From Paecilomyces variotii (Eukaryota), in NCBI GenBank assembly GCA_004022145.1, contig RCNU01000001.1: a stretch of DNA of 64,000 nucleotides; one strand, given 5' to 3'. The position numbers and the translations under genes are program-made. Shown one piece after another: positions 1-13,061 of the stretch; within the stretch, counting starts at the first letter, position 1; each line of letters starts with the position of its first letter. Under the pieces are notes generated by a model. The model was not told where the DNA came from and ran no database searches. It saw nothing but the letters and a program-made list of their open reading frames with translations.

Positions 1-1093
1 ACGTGATAATATCGTTACTCAACTGAGAGAGCACGCTGCTATCCAGCGGTGAAGGTGTCCCATCAGGGGAGAACAAGGCGTGAAATCCCGCAAGGACCCT
101 CTCTACAACTGATTTGTAGTCCTCCACAGTCTTGGTATTATTGTAGTACTCCCTGGTGGGAAGCCCGATTTCTCGCGGAGGTGTAACGAAGATCGCCACG
201 GAATCCGGATCGCGATCATCTGCCTATGAGAGAAGTCAGATAAGTCTCACAAATTATTTCGCAAATTATCTTACAGAAACATAGGGAGAAACGAGTGCCT
301 CGACCCCGATCTCAACCAGGTACTGTATGACCTCGGTGAGGTTCTCCCTTGGGTCACTGCTTGAAGACTTCCCGGTAGGATAGGTTTTCTCAATTTGAGA
401 TAGGACATCTTCCAAAGGCTTGACTCCACGTTCCGCAACAGTACATTCATCTATACAAGCATTGTATGCAGTCTTCAGCTCTTCAAAAATCTCTGAATCG
501 GCGCTAGACTTGATGCTCGCAGATTTCGAGTCTCCCGGGACTTCGGATGATTCCAAGATGTGGCGAACACGGCTCTGGGCATTTTCAGCCATTATGGTCC
601 CGGCAAATAGGGATCCCTGATCAGAACGCATGTCGTGACTCTCTTGCCATCCTCCACAGACATATTGCTCAAAATCCTCACATGGATCAATGTTCTTATA
701 ATTTGGATGGAGGTTATATAGGATTTCGGATGCGGCGTGCACGCATTCTGCAGCATCGCATACAGACGGAGCATTGGCCTGTAGACCACTGTTCTGTATT
801 ATTCCTATTCATCATTGTCAGATAAAGGGCGGATGCAGGAAGATGATATCCATACCCGACAACACAGAGTTCTTGACCGAAAGGTATCCAATGATGGCAA
901 TCACTGTTGCCCACTTTGTAAACCAAAGGAGCTTAGACCATCTCCTGTGCACTCTGGAACGTGAGACTATAGTTGGGCTCCATGGCTCTCCGTCGTTGAT
1001 GCCCATGTCTGCGTTATTGACTAACGGTGATTTCTCGCCATCGGCTAGCGCAGGTACGTCATCCGATGCGTCCCATTTTCCTAGCCGCAAAGG
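1..1093 (-). CDS. M13 family (neprilysin/endothelin-converting enzyme-like) metallopeptidase, 5' part; gene runs off the window start; true start codon uncertain (possible extra exon near 1165-1190)
   Basis: Spliced reading gives a type II membrane anchor (WATVIAIIGYL) followed by C-x4-CVHAASEILYNL...DPCEDFEQYVCGGW, the M13 N-terminal Cys signature; GT..AG introns near 803-856 and 225-272. Confidence 0.85.
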
Positions 1094-3091
1094 CTGACTT
1101 CAACAAGGAAATCCATCAGTTACTATACTATTCGAGACTCGAAGGATTATATCCAGCATACTAACCTTCGTGGCATTCCTCTGGTCATGATAGCAGCCAG
1201 CCGCTAAGTGATCCGAGGAGATTGAACTCAAACGAAGCCCAGCACGGGGCTACAATTAGAATGTTTACCTCGATCAACGAGGTGAATGCAGTGGAGATGA
1301 ATGAAAAATGGATATCTCAACGACCCCAGTTGTTAGGAGATTGTCGAGATGTTGGGAAGCGGTCAGTAAGGTAGCACGTCGTAGCTTGCTCTAAGGGATA
1401 ATGACTGGTGAGCTCATGGAGATGAGCCAGGCTAGCCATTTCTGGTTAGATGATCTCCGCACCTGACGGATAAGGGCCGGAACTTTCTGAGGCCCATCCG
1501 GGGAAGCTTCAAGCACTCGAACCTCGGGAATGGTTCGCGCGAGAACCGGAGTTCGCACTGTGTGATAAGGTCAACGCTGTCGAATGATGCATGGGGAATG
1601 GTAGCGGATTCTGTCAATGTATCCTGTAAGCTTGGTTACTCGGCCAAGCATAGGAATTATTTCTACGTTGACATGGTACATACCTAGGTAACCTTCAAGT
1701 TAGTACTTCACGACGACTTTAAGCCAGTTGACGAAAAAGGAGAACTCCTTGTTGGTCCGGCCTGGATCAGAGACTTTATCCAATCTATTCTTGTGTATTC
1801 TGCTAACAGCATATGAATATCACTTTTCGAATGCAACGGTATCGACGCTCATATTAATCTGCTTCAATCGAGTTGCAGTTTGTTTTGAGATATTAATGAA
1901 CTTGCCATTGAATAGTGCATCAGGTACCAGGGAGATGCATGTTATCCTCAAATAAGAACTCAATACGTGAGCTGCAGTGGATTACGCGAAGAAATAATTA
2001 GAAAGAAGAGTACCTATGCATTGTTTTTTCTCTTGCACACTGACACTCGGTGCCGTAAAAGCGAGGTCATGGACTTGCGTACCACAATTGCGATTACTCC
2101 ACTAGTGCCTCAGATCTGTGGCAGCCAAAGGCCAGGACCGGTGGTAAGTCTTCACCTAAAAGATCGAAATGTACTGTGCACACTGCAAGCACGCGTACGG
2201 ATATAAGCCCCTAATAAGGGCGTGAATTAGGACTAAATGTAACCACTTGATAAGATAAGACCACCCTACTACTGATCGAAGAGTATTACTAGTGTATATT
2301 CCTTTGCGAGTAAGTCAATGAAGATAAGGAATCGATCATCGATACCATACAGTAGCGGTTTATCCTAGCGAGGAGTTCCGGAGTGATTGCGAGATAAAAT
2401 TATATTGATATTAACTCCTTGTATTTCTGATAATGAAGCAAACCTATAGTGATGTGCGAGACGTGGATAGTCCTCGATTTGAAAAATCACGATTTCCCAT
2501 CTAATGCTCGTGCTGTCATGTACTGATAGATTTGCAGATACAACCTCATATCTCCGGAGCTCTGCTTTCTTTCCGAAAGCATATCGGAGTCCCAAAAAGT
2601 CAACAGGAGACCTCTGCAAACGTGGCACGTCCCGCATTTGATGATCACCCGCATAACAGCCGCACGAGACTAAAATCTTATAAGTAAGACGCTTAGCCTG
2701 ATATACGGTATCTGTAGTCTGTTGGACTGAGCCAATAAAGATCTAGCAGAATGCAAAATCCCGTCTCTGCTTACCGGATTCCCGGGAACTGTTCACATGA
2801 CTGGCATAGACATAATTAGTCTGAGAGAATCTCATCTAGCTGGTCATCCCGCGGAGAAAAGCAAGCAAATTTGTGCGTGTAGGTGTACAGAGCTATATGC
2901 CATCGAGAACCATGAGATAGTCCCATGAATATTTACACGATCTGGAGATATGTAGTCCTATGTGATGCATTAGTGCTGGTTTTAACTACTGATAGCAGGT
3001 AGGGACTATGACTTGATATCCTCAAAAGATAGATGCCATCTAGCGTAGCTGAGATGAAGGATCCCGAAGCGAAACCTAACATGAAATTGGC

Positions 3092-3137
3092 AAAAAAAGA
3101 AAAAAAGAAAAAAGAAAAAAGAGAAAAAGAAGAAAAG
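3092..3137. repeat. A-rich (GAAAAAA)n low-complexity tract
   Basis: Direct reading of the sequence. Confidence 0.8.
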
Positions 3138-4500
3138 GCGCAATACAGATCAGGGACCAGCTAAGCGCTACAGCAAAAGCAATATGTCGATCACATCTCA
3201 CTGGACTCAAAAGGACATACTTACCAAGCAAGATTTGAGGTCCAGCTTTGCTGATCAAGCAGTTCGAGCTATTCCAAGTCTATCCCGTCCCTATTACTAA
3301 ACCAGAGCTATCTTGAAGCTGGATGTCTGCATCAGGCCTTGTACATCCTCTGGGAGCCACCCACCTTTTGCGATGGCGCAGGCCAACTGTCAGGCATTCA
3401 ACAGGCTATACCTTGCTTCTCTTTCCAACTGGTAGAATAAGCCTTCACAAACCAAGCACCATGATGAAACATTTCCCACACAAAGCACTGAGCACTCTGG
3501 ACTGCGTGCCTCGTGCAAGGGGAAGCAAACTCCTGATCAGTAAGCCCTATTGCCAACCCCCGCTCGCGTGGTTATTCTCACTGTTGGCAGTACAGGGGTA
3601 GATGCCGATTAGATGCCGATCGACCCTGGATATTTGGTAGGGAAGTACTCCAGTGGGGCATGGGACGTTTGTTCTGTGTGTTTCCTACTGGTAGGGCTGG
3701 GAGTTGTTGCGCCGATAGACCTTATCTTAGCAGATCGTTCACCGGCCTATAGAATGAGAACATACAACCCTTGGAAACTCAAACCAAACCCCTTGCTTGA
3801 TCCAGAGCTAATAAGTCTCAATAGGGAAGCTGTTGATGCTCTGAAAAATTATAGCCTGCTGCCCCCTGGGAAAGTATGGTACTTGTGCCAGGGTTCATGT
3901 TCGGGGTAAAAGTTGACGACTGACGCCCAGACCTTTGTCCTTGTCTTTGATAGGTCGATGGTCTCCATGGATCCTTTCATGCTGTCGATAGGGATTTATA
4001 TTCTTGTTCAATAGTACATGGATGGCAGAGGTAGATTTTATTTCTTGCCCGTCGGCTATGATCATGGGATCGACCAAGGAATTCATGATACTGGAGATGT
4101 ACCTGGACCAGTAGAAGACAAACTTTATGACCAGCCAAGAAAAATACATAATTTTTACTATAGTATTATCGCGCAGTGAGTCGATGCAGAACGAAGTACG
4201 GCTCCGTTATCAGCAAGCGAGGTCTCATAGTTCAACCCGAGATAGAATGCCTGACGGAAACACAGAGGACAACAGTAAGCAAAATACCCTTAAGAAAAAA
4301 AAAGGAGAGATCAGTACCAGTCAACTTTGATGATAAAATTATCAACCATCTATGCTACCATGCCCGACCTCATCGATCGGAGCGGAGTTCATGACCTAGA
4401 ACGCCTCTGCTATGCGAGGAGGATATTGTGAACAGAGGTGCAAAATATACTGAACAAATCCGTGAAAAGAGGAAAGGAAGTGACCATTGAAGTTCGTCAC

Positions 4501-5305
4501 TCATAGTGACTCGGCGGGGTAGCCAAATCTCAAGTTTGTCGCATTGAGCTTCATGTCGTAATATGGTTCTGGCGCCGCGTATAGAGCCTGGGGGTAAGAA
4601 ACAACGTCGAATTTATCGGGAAACAACGACTCGCTGAGAGACGTCTCGTTGGTCCGCAATATATCAAGTTCTACGAGGAGCGACTTGATCCTCTCGTTCA
4701 GTCGTCGAACCTCGTCTGCCTGCCGCGAATACGAGTGAATAAGGGCCTGATGTTTCTCATGTAGATCCCGCAATTGGTTCTCGAGACCTTTGACATGTTT
4801 CTCTTTGCGTTCGCGGAATGCTCGCTGCGAAGCACGGTTTTGTGCGCGACGCCGCTGCTTTGCCGGACACACAAGTCAGCCGACTACATTGGGGGAAGAC
4901 ACGAAGGCAAGGATGGTTGGAGACATACTAGATGCATGTTGGTGATCATTTCGGGCTTTTCTGACGGACTGGCCTTTTTTCTGCGATCTCGCTCATGCGA
5001 TGTGGTTTGTCCGGCATACTGGACTGGGATCTTTGGATTTGCCGGAGCAAACACTGCAGACTGCACATGATTGAGAGACATCATGTCATATGTCCCATGT
5101 AGGCCACCATGGTACATCATCTGCTGATATCGCATATCAGTTTCGATGTGCGACTCGGATAGCTTTCTGAATCAACTGGAGAACATACAGTGGGCGAGCT
5201 TGGATTGGATGAGTCTGAAGCCGTGTCGAAAGGCTCTCCCATCCCGAATGGAAGCGACGCAATTGTCGACGAGCTCGACGGAGAGTTCATAGAATAAGAT
5301 TCCAT
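4501..5305 (-). CDS. bZIP transcription factor, Yap/AP-1-like basic region, 3 exons
   Basis: RRRAQNRASQRAFRERKEKHVKGLENQLRDL followed by a leucine zipper; ORFs 5117-5362, 4884-5135 and 4501-4872 join through GTATGT..CTGAY..CAG introns; ATG at 5305. Confidence 0.9.
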
Positions 5306-6993
5306 TAATAGTGAACAGTGGTTGATAGTAACTATATGGGTGCTCGAACACGAAGATAACAAATACGTTGCTGACGGTCTTAGACGAAGAATTGACGATA
5401 CCTCATCTACTGGTGGTTACGGTCCAAAGACTACTGTATATCGGTTGGAGAGAGGCCATGGCCTAAATACTGTCAGGACCTTGTTGGATCTTGCCCGCTC
5501 GGTCGAAGGTACAGTTCTAGCATGCACATTGCACGAATGGAGGACTGTGTCATACGTCCTGGCCAGACCGTCGTGCCGGGCCTGAGCGGCTAAAGACCCT
5601 TTCCCAGCAATCGAGGCAGTTTATCCATTCCAAGAAAGTAACACCTCGCCAACCTTGAAGTCTTAGTTCGACAAGGGCCGGTGTTTGGAAACGCTCTGTC
5701 AGTGAACATAGACCGTGGTATGACATTTCCAGACGACCGAGTGGAGGCTTGGAGGATCAGGTAATGGTCCTGAGTGCCTACTGATTCATCTTCTCTGTAT
5801 TAGCTTTCTGACATCTTGTTCCAGATTGGCTGAAGGTAATCGATGGCGCTGTCACGGTAGATTCAGATGGGCCACTTGATTGTCGGCCGCGCAGGCGTAT
5901 TGCGAGTAGTCCAGCAACCTAGAAGCATTAGCTAGCACCGCAATACCGCATTTGGCCAATAATGCTCAAGGCCAGCATTAACTGTTGGAGGCAGTATGTT
6001 GGCCGAGCTAGTACCAAGAGGAGGGGTGATTCTAGTCCCCCGATTCTCTTATCCCGGACCACAGCCTTGTCTCTAACGGTGACCATGTCCATTGGGGCAT
6101 CGTCTCCGGCCACACCTCTCTGGCGGTACCTTCAAGTGGACTAGAGGGCATACTGCAAAGATATTCTCGTGTCGAGCGTATCTATCAAGGTGAGAGTTGC
6201 AAGAAACATTGGTTATGTGCTCCCGCTTAACCCTCGTGATTTTCTGCAATTGGCATCACCTCCCTCGAAATATGGAGATCGCAGACTTCAATAGCATACC
6301 CAGATTCAATAGGTCACTATCTGGGAGGACAGTATATAAGGTCAGTCTCGCTTGGCCGGCATACAGGTCAACACTTTCCACAGCTACTAACCTGATGGTG
6401 GACCTCTTCAAGGGCAGCATGTAGGAACGATTCGTACTAGGACTTTTGTCGGCAGCCATCCAGAAGTTCCGGCGTCCCTTCACTTGATTTCCGAAATCTC
6501 AGTGGACATGATGCATCTGTGCGCTGTGCTATCTTCCCCGTGTAAACCCCCGCCATGTGCGACCGGGGAAGTCGCCGACGGGTTACACAGGTCTGCCACG
6601 GCGTCTGTAGGTGACGATATTAGTGTTGACCTGGAGTCCACAACCTAATTATATGAAGATGGCCGTATATACACTTCCAAGTGAAAGTTGAAACCATCCG
6701 TTCACACTACTATTACGTTTCCAGGGCCCTAACTAGATAACTTTGGAGAAACCATGCCATTTTCAACTGAAGTATTACTTTTGAAAATGTGAAACAATTC
6801 GATATTGTCTGCATTATGTAGAAATCAAAGAGTTGGAAATTAGTTGGACCTTACGGAGGGTTAGTCTCAAACTTTTGTCGTATAACTGTAGACATAAGAT
6901 CAAGGGGATGGGCATTGTCGTACTTTTTCTAAGAGCCTCAATCGAATGCCTCAAAAGATGATCCTGGGATTTCCAACCTGCGGATCTCAATGT

Positions 6994-6994
<1 letters not shown>

Positions 6995-7027
<33 letters not shown>
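6995..7027. repeat. Poly(T) homopolymer of about 33 nt
   Basis: Direct reading of the sequence. Confidence 0.95.
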
Positions 7028-7028
<1 letters not shown>

Positions 7029-9500
7029 AACGTCATGTTGTGCCCAACACTGGAAGCCAAGATCCATGTCGCGATGCTTGAGCGCTAGATGATACCCTGC
7101 TGCCAAAGCCCCGCCTCACGCGTATGTTTTGCATGGATTCCTCACATCTGCGCGGATCCTCGCTCCTTGGGTAAAGTCCTGGAGTTTCTGAATAACGGAT
7201 AATGATCCTCTCTGGGGAAATACACGTACTTTTTGGCAACTTAGTTAGCCCCTGAGATCCTTACGCGCTAGATAACTAAAGGCACAGAGGTCTCCAGCGC
7301 CATCTGACCCATGAATCTCGAACCCGGAATGAGTATTCCGGGGACATGTGAGAGCGATCGCGATCAGCTACTACTCCAGTGAAGGTACTACTAGATAGGT
7401 ACTGGTCAATGCGACGTCAGTCATTTACAGATGCTCCCGGCAAGGGCGGAAGCATCGTGTCGTCGGTCTATTCACCTAGCGCCGTCTATGATCCTCGGAC
7501 TTTAAATAAACAGAGTACAAAATAAGCACGTTCCAAGTGGTTTTAAGAACACTCTACTAATACCATTCCTCAGAAAGACATTATGAGATTATTCCGGATG
7601 CTTCACACAACCATATCTCACCCGCACGCATCGGTATACCGGTCTGCAGACCTCACCAGCGGCCGAAAGATTGTTCCACGAAGAGACGCCACTAACGTAA
7701 GACCCTGCGAGCGGGAGAGTATAAGGGCTGGAGTCAGCAAAGAAACGAGTAACCTATGTTGACTCTAGAAGAGCCCACTCAGCTGGCATAGTTAAGTTTC
7801 CCGAAGCTCTGGAAGCTGGTTACGTTAGTGTCAAATACGACGACGTCTGGCGTTCCATGCAGGGTATGTACTGGACAAGTTAACATTGCCGTCACAGTTA
7901 GTCGGGTGGTCAGATCTTAATACAGTTCTTCTCGATCAGAGTAGGCCTTCATGTGGCCCGTGTCTTATTCGGACGCAGCGGAAGCCAACTTTGACATAGA
8001 CTAGGTAGTCAATGGGCCACTTGTGAGCACTTAGGGTTGACCCGGACGAACCGTTTGGTCCCTGCGGGTTAGAGAGCAAGAGATTTTGCTCTTGGTCTTC
8101 AGCTGCCCAGCCACTTGCTCAAACATTCCAATGAGTACAGGCCGGGCATCCAATCGACAAACCCCTCCCCCGCTTGCCGGGACCGTGGCCACGACCGTCA
8201 GCATCGGCCGATATGAAAAGGCACCCGCCCATCTGTAGGTAAGACATCCAGCTCTGTAACCTTTATGACAACCAGGAAGGGCCATGCGGGTCCGGACAGT
8301 CGGGACTCCTGTGATCCAGTTCGTCATCTGTGAAAGGAGGCTGAAGTTGGAGAGTCCAGCAGACATACCATCCAGGATTCTACAGGGCCGAGTAGCTGTC
8401 ACCTTCCCGGAACGTATGTGCCTATCCGTACCTCGTGTTGCGTTGCTTAAGCGGACTGTGGAAGCGGGGTTGATGGCGATGACTGGGTAATAATACCTAC
8501 TAGGTAGCCATCGCCATCTAAGCACGGACATCTAGTTCTCCTACGTGTCATATATACAGATCTTGGCTAAGCACTATCGATAGTTAGTGGCAAATCCTTG
8601 ATTACTTTTTGCCTTTATCTGTTCTAGTCAATTAGTTCCTGAAGAGAGAACATCACTTCTTCTCCGCGGAACCACAGGCAAATTCGTCGCCACCTCGACA
8701 TGGACTAGCAGCCACACAGAAGATCAGATCAGAAATATATCTAGAACTATCTATTGCATATGAGAAATAGCAGTCCCTCCTCTAACAACTAGTTATGCTG
8801 GTTTCGTCTGACGTGAGACATCCGGTGTGCCCTCGAATATATATTCCTTTTGTTGATGATCTTATCAATATCAGGTACAGAACCAGTACCCAGTATAACT
8901 GATAACAACTTTTAGATTAAACCTTTAGGCGGATATACATTCCTTTGATGTCATACGGGAGCTTGTAAGAACTGTGACATTTATTCAAAGGTAAGCTTGG
9001 TTTAGGATTTAATTTGTAACGCCCATCAGGATGACATGACATGATTATCCCGATACAGTTCTCTTTCATGGAATTCGAATGCCCCTTCCAATTTTCCACT
9101 ATGAAGTATAAAGCATCACATTCTAATAATCCTTAGCATTCTAAACTCTCTACATCTCGCATTACCCCTCATAGTAGTGTTTTGCTTTCAATTAAAAGAA
9201 AACAAAAGTGATGATATTGTTGTGTGGAGACATGACGCTGACTAAAACTTGCGGCTTTGCGGGGAAAGGTGGTAGCTTACGACTATGATGTTATGCAGAG
9301 ACCTTCTGGAATCCCAGGTGCATTGTTTGGGCATTTTCGCCTGAGATTCCTCTTTTCCTACTACCCTTTCTAGACACAAAATATTCGACTGGCTATGACT
9401 ATAGTTCCTTGACATATGGCCAGCTAGTAACGACCTCGTTCTATTGTTCATATCATCGAGTTTAACAGAGATTAAAAACCACAACAATTTCTCACTCTAC

Positions 9501-9535
9501 AAAAAAAAAAAAAAAAAAAAAAAAAACAAAAAGAA
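9501..9535 (+). repeat. Poly(A) tract (A26 plus A-rich tail) abutting the ATG at 9536
   Basis: Direct reading of the sequence. Confidence 0.95.
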
Positions 9536-10225
9536 ATGCCGCCCAAAAAGCGCCGTGTCTCTACAACTTCTCATGCCGACTCCGAACAACAAACCAAATC
9601 CTCAAAAGGAGAGCAAGAGCACGACCAGCCAGAAACACATACCAAGCTCACATCCTACCGCCTCGACCACGTCTACCGCCTCATCGAACCCGGGCCCGTC
9701 CTGCTCGTAACGACCGGTTCTTTAAAAGATGGCACACATAATATCATGACGATTGGCTTCCACATGATGATCCAGCACTCTGGCCCTGCTCTGATCGGAG
9801 CTTGCATAGGCCCCTGGGACGCAAGCTACTCTCTCCTGAAGCAGAATAAGGAGTGCGTTCTCGCGATCCCGAGCGTTGATATGGCGGAAACGGTAGTGGA
9901 TATTGGGAATTGTTCTGGCGAGGAGGTATATAAATGGACTAAGTTCGGGTTGGAAGCTCTTCGTGCGAGTAAGGTGAAGGCGCCGCTGGTGGGGAATGCT
10001 TCTGTTATTGCGAATGTGGAGTGTGTGGTGGAGGATACTAAGTTGGTTGGGGCATATAATCTATGGGTACTAAGGGCTGTTAAAGCGTGGAGTAATCCGG
10101 ATGAGAAGAAGGGGAGGGAAGGTGGGAAAATGTTTCATCATCGAGGTGATGGGACATTTGTTGTTGATGGGGAGAAGTTAGATTTGAGAGAGAGGATGGT
10201 TAAGTGGCAGGAGTTTCAGGATTGA
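9536..10225 (+). CDS. Flavin reductase-like / flavoredoxin-family FMN-binding split-barrel protein, intronless
   Basis: 229-aa ORF with RLIEPGPVLLVTT..HNIMTIGFH, ECVLAIP, IGNCSG, VKAPLV..ANVEC and FHHRGDG, typical of the Flavin_Reduct family. Confidence 0.85.
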   Translation: MPPKKRRVSTTSHADSEQQTKSSKGEQEHDQPETHTKLTSYRLDHVYRLIEPGPVLLVTTGSLKDGTHNIMTIGFHMMIQHSGPALIGACIGPWDASYSLLKQNKECVLAIPSVDMAETVVDIGNCSGEEVYKWTKFGLEALRASKVKAPLVGNASVIANVECVVEDTKLVGAYNLWVLRAVKAWSNPDEKKGREGGKMFHHRGDGTFVVDGEKLDLRERMVKWQEFQD

Positions 10226-10775
10226 GGAACATAGGTCCATTGTTATCTGCAGCTCCAGTCTGCTGTATAAGATGCATTTACTGCAAAGAAATCAGGTCCA
10301 CTGCCTGCATATTACTACCATGTGCGTTTCGCAAAGGAAAAAAGAAAAACGAATATGGCCACTTCAGGATCTCGTAATTTCCCTACGATTGCTTGCACAC
10401 TTGACCAGTTTACCATCTTTATTCATGTCAGTTGCAGTAACGAGACCGCTGGAGTTAAGGCGGAGATAAGGTGGCTTATCTTACTTATCTTACTCCTGTT
10501 TGGAGAAGAGATAAGCATCGAACCTATGACGTCATCCAGTTCCTGAAAAACTACGAGCATCCATGGAGATTAATAAACAGAGACTGAAATGCGGTAAATT
10601 GATAACCAACAGCAATTTATGAATTATGAAATAAATGTTATCCCGATGGAAATCAATATGTAGGATATCGTAGAAGAAGATTCCATCCCCACTAGGAACA
10701 ATGGGAGGCCATTCCCGCCAGATTGGGTAATGATGGCATTGCATCGATCGTGTATCATTGTTCAAGTGACAACAC

Positions 10776-12279
10776 TCAGTGCTAGATGAAATGTTAGAAG
10801 AATAAGAAAACCAAGTCTTTTGGATCTGCTTACCGTGACATCCTCCCACTTCTCCCAGCCTCTACCCTTGACCTGGGCAAGCTCCTCCATCGTGTATTGT
10901 TTACCCGTCGTGAAGTATCCAGCATTGATCTTAGCATCAATCTCGACTCTCGAGTCCTCAGGAATCATGTCTTCAGGAATAGGAATGCGCTCGTATATCT
11001 TGATCCCTGATTGCACGATAGCATCATGTTTCATATTCGACATGGACAGCATGCGATCGATCTTCTTGATACCCAGCCAGTGAAGAATATCGGGCATCAA
11101 AGCTTGAAAGCGCATCTAGCAAATACATCAGTGATATGAAAACCATGGTTAACGGAGTATAGAACTTACGTCTCGCACACCAGCGATATTTTCTGTCCGC
11201 TGGAAATATTTATCGGCTGTGTCACCGCCGCGTTTTCGTGAGTTGTAAACCAAGTACTTGACCACTTCACCCAGAGCACGACCCTCCTTGCGGAAGTAGA
11301 TGACTACTCCGCTTCCACCGTTTTGTGCTTCTCTTATAGCTTCTTGGATACCGAACGCGAGGTACGGTCTGCATGTGCAAATGTCCGATTGGAAGACATC
11401 ACTACCGTTGCACTCGTCATGGATACGTAGTGCTAGGCGGATATTCTCGTCTGAGACACGCTCAGGGGGTCCAAAGATATAGACAGTAAGACCACCAATC
11501 GGAGGCAGGAAGATCTTTACATCAGGGCGTGTGATCAGTTCTGGGTAGCTTCCACCGGTGTGTTCAAACAGTGTCCTTCGTAATGTTCCCTCATCGACAC
11601 CGAATCGCTCCGCCACCCCAGGCAGATACCAGACTGGTTCCACAGCGACCTTTGTTACACGGACATCGCCGTCGGCGTTAACCACAATCGTGCCGTCGAC
11701 TTCTAACTTGCCCTTATGGACAGCCTCACTGATCTCTGCCAGTCGCATGTGGGCTCGCGTTATAGCCATGGTTGGGCGGATATCCCATCCAGCGTCGAGA
11801 TATTCTCTGAACTGGTTGACGATGTCGTGACCGAAGGGGTCCATTGAGACGATCTTGGTAGGATCTGCCCATGCCGGTTGCCAGGGAAAGTTGAACGTCG
11901 GCTCCGTGTTGCGGAAGTCCGGGCGAAAATCAGGAGGAAGGTCACCAGCGGCGATGGCCAGAGCATTGTAGATACTGTAGCTGCCACCATGAGCACCCAT
12001 GGCATTGCGACGCTTCAGCATATTGCCATTTCGCGAGACGATTATAGGACCGCGTGTTTTGGCATCTTTGGCTCCCCATTCAAGGGGCACGGGATCGACC
12101 CCGCTTTGACCGGGATAGGTGGTTAACTTGGAGAGCATGAGCACTGTCTGTCATCCCTATGAAGACTGGATCAGACTTACTGTGATGTGTTTACTGTATC
12201 TTGACTTTGTAGGATTTGGCCACTGAGCGGCTGGCGACTCGCCGTTCGTAGCATCGGTGTTCGAATCGGTGTCCAACAT
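10776..12279 (-). CDS. urg1: GTP cyclohydrolase II-like uracil-regulated protein (Urg1/URC1 family), 4 exons
   Basis: N-terminal RNAMGAHGGSYSIY domain plus GCH-II core RIHDECNGSDVFQSDICTCRPYL, RKEGRALGEV, DMRFQALMPD, SMSNMK; the last exon after the GTAAGC..CTAAC..TAG intron is CAC TGA. Confidence 0.92.
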
Positions 12280-12549
12280 GATGATACTTGTGTTCACAGA
12301 TGCAGAGAAGATAGCGGTGAGGGGAGGGCAATGAGAGAGGAGGGAAGGCCTCCAAGGATCTGAGGATATAGTGGAGGAATACGAAGAAGTGACGAGGAAA
12401 TCTACGGTGATGTTACCTCAGTCTGTCTAGAAATAAGAAACGAGTGAAGGAAGAAGTCGTGTCATCGTTAGTTAGCGGAGTAATACTAGTAGCTGGTATG
12501 CTGATAGCCGGCGGGTTCCACGATATGGCTTCCCCTCAGGGCATGTGAC

Positions 12550-12597
12550 GCTATCTCCGCTTCTTATCGGATCTCACACTTATCTAGCTCCGATAAA
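12550..12597. promoter_or_regulatory. Cluster of four HGATAR sites upstream of urg1 (candidate AreA/GATA nitrogen-regulation element)
   Basis: CTATCT, TTATCG, TTATCT and CGATAA within about 50 bp. Confidence 0.55.
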
Positions 12598-13061
12598 GCT
12601 TGCCAGGAGAACTTTCTTTGCTAGTAATCTGAGCTCTATCATTGCTCCACATTGCGCTTCACTCTCCGTCCCATGGTCCGTTAAAGTGAGTTTTTGGGGC
12701 GATAGTGCAATCAGTCCAACTCAGGCTCTGATATATCTATCTCGTAAGATGCTGGCTAGGTAGCCTAGGTACCTACCTAATACCTGTAGCTTGCATATTC
12801 TGTCTTAGCTGGCAATGTGGAGACTATTGCCCGATACGGCAATTTTCAGGCTCTCAGGCAGGCTTGCCTTAATCCTTGACAACACATGTCAACAGTTGTG
12901 TCTGAGCCAGCCGTTCTTCATGAAAATACGGGCTATCTGAGATAGATAATAAAGCGCCAATTGAAGAAAACGAATTCTCATTACCAGATGAAGGGAGCTG
13001 TAAATATAGTATACTATTGCCAGAAATAGCTACCTACGTAAAGGACTCATGTGTAGTAGCA

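Noticed and set aside
8031..8531. 166-aa minus-strand ORF
   Set aside because: No domain motif or coding-like composition; probably chance
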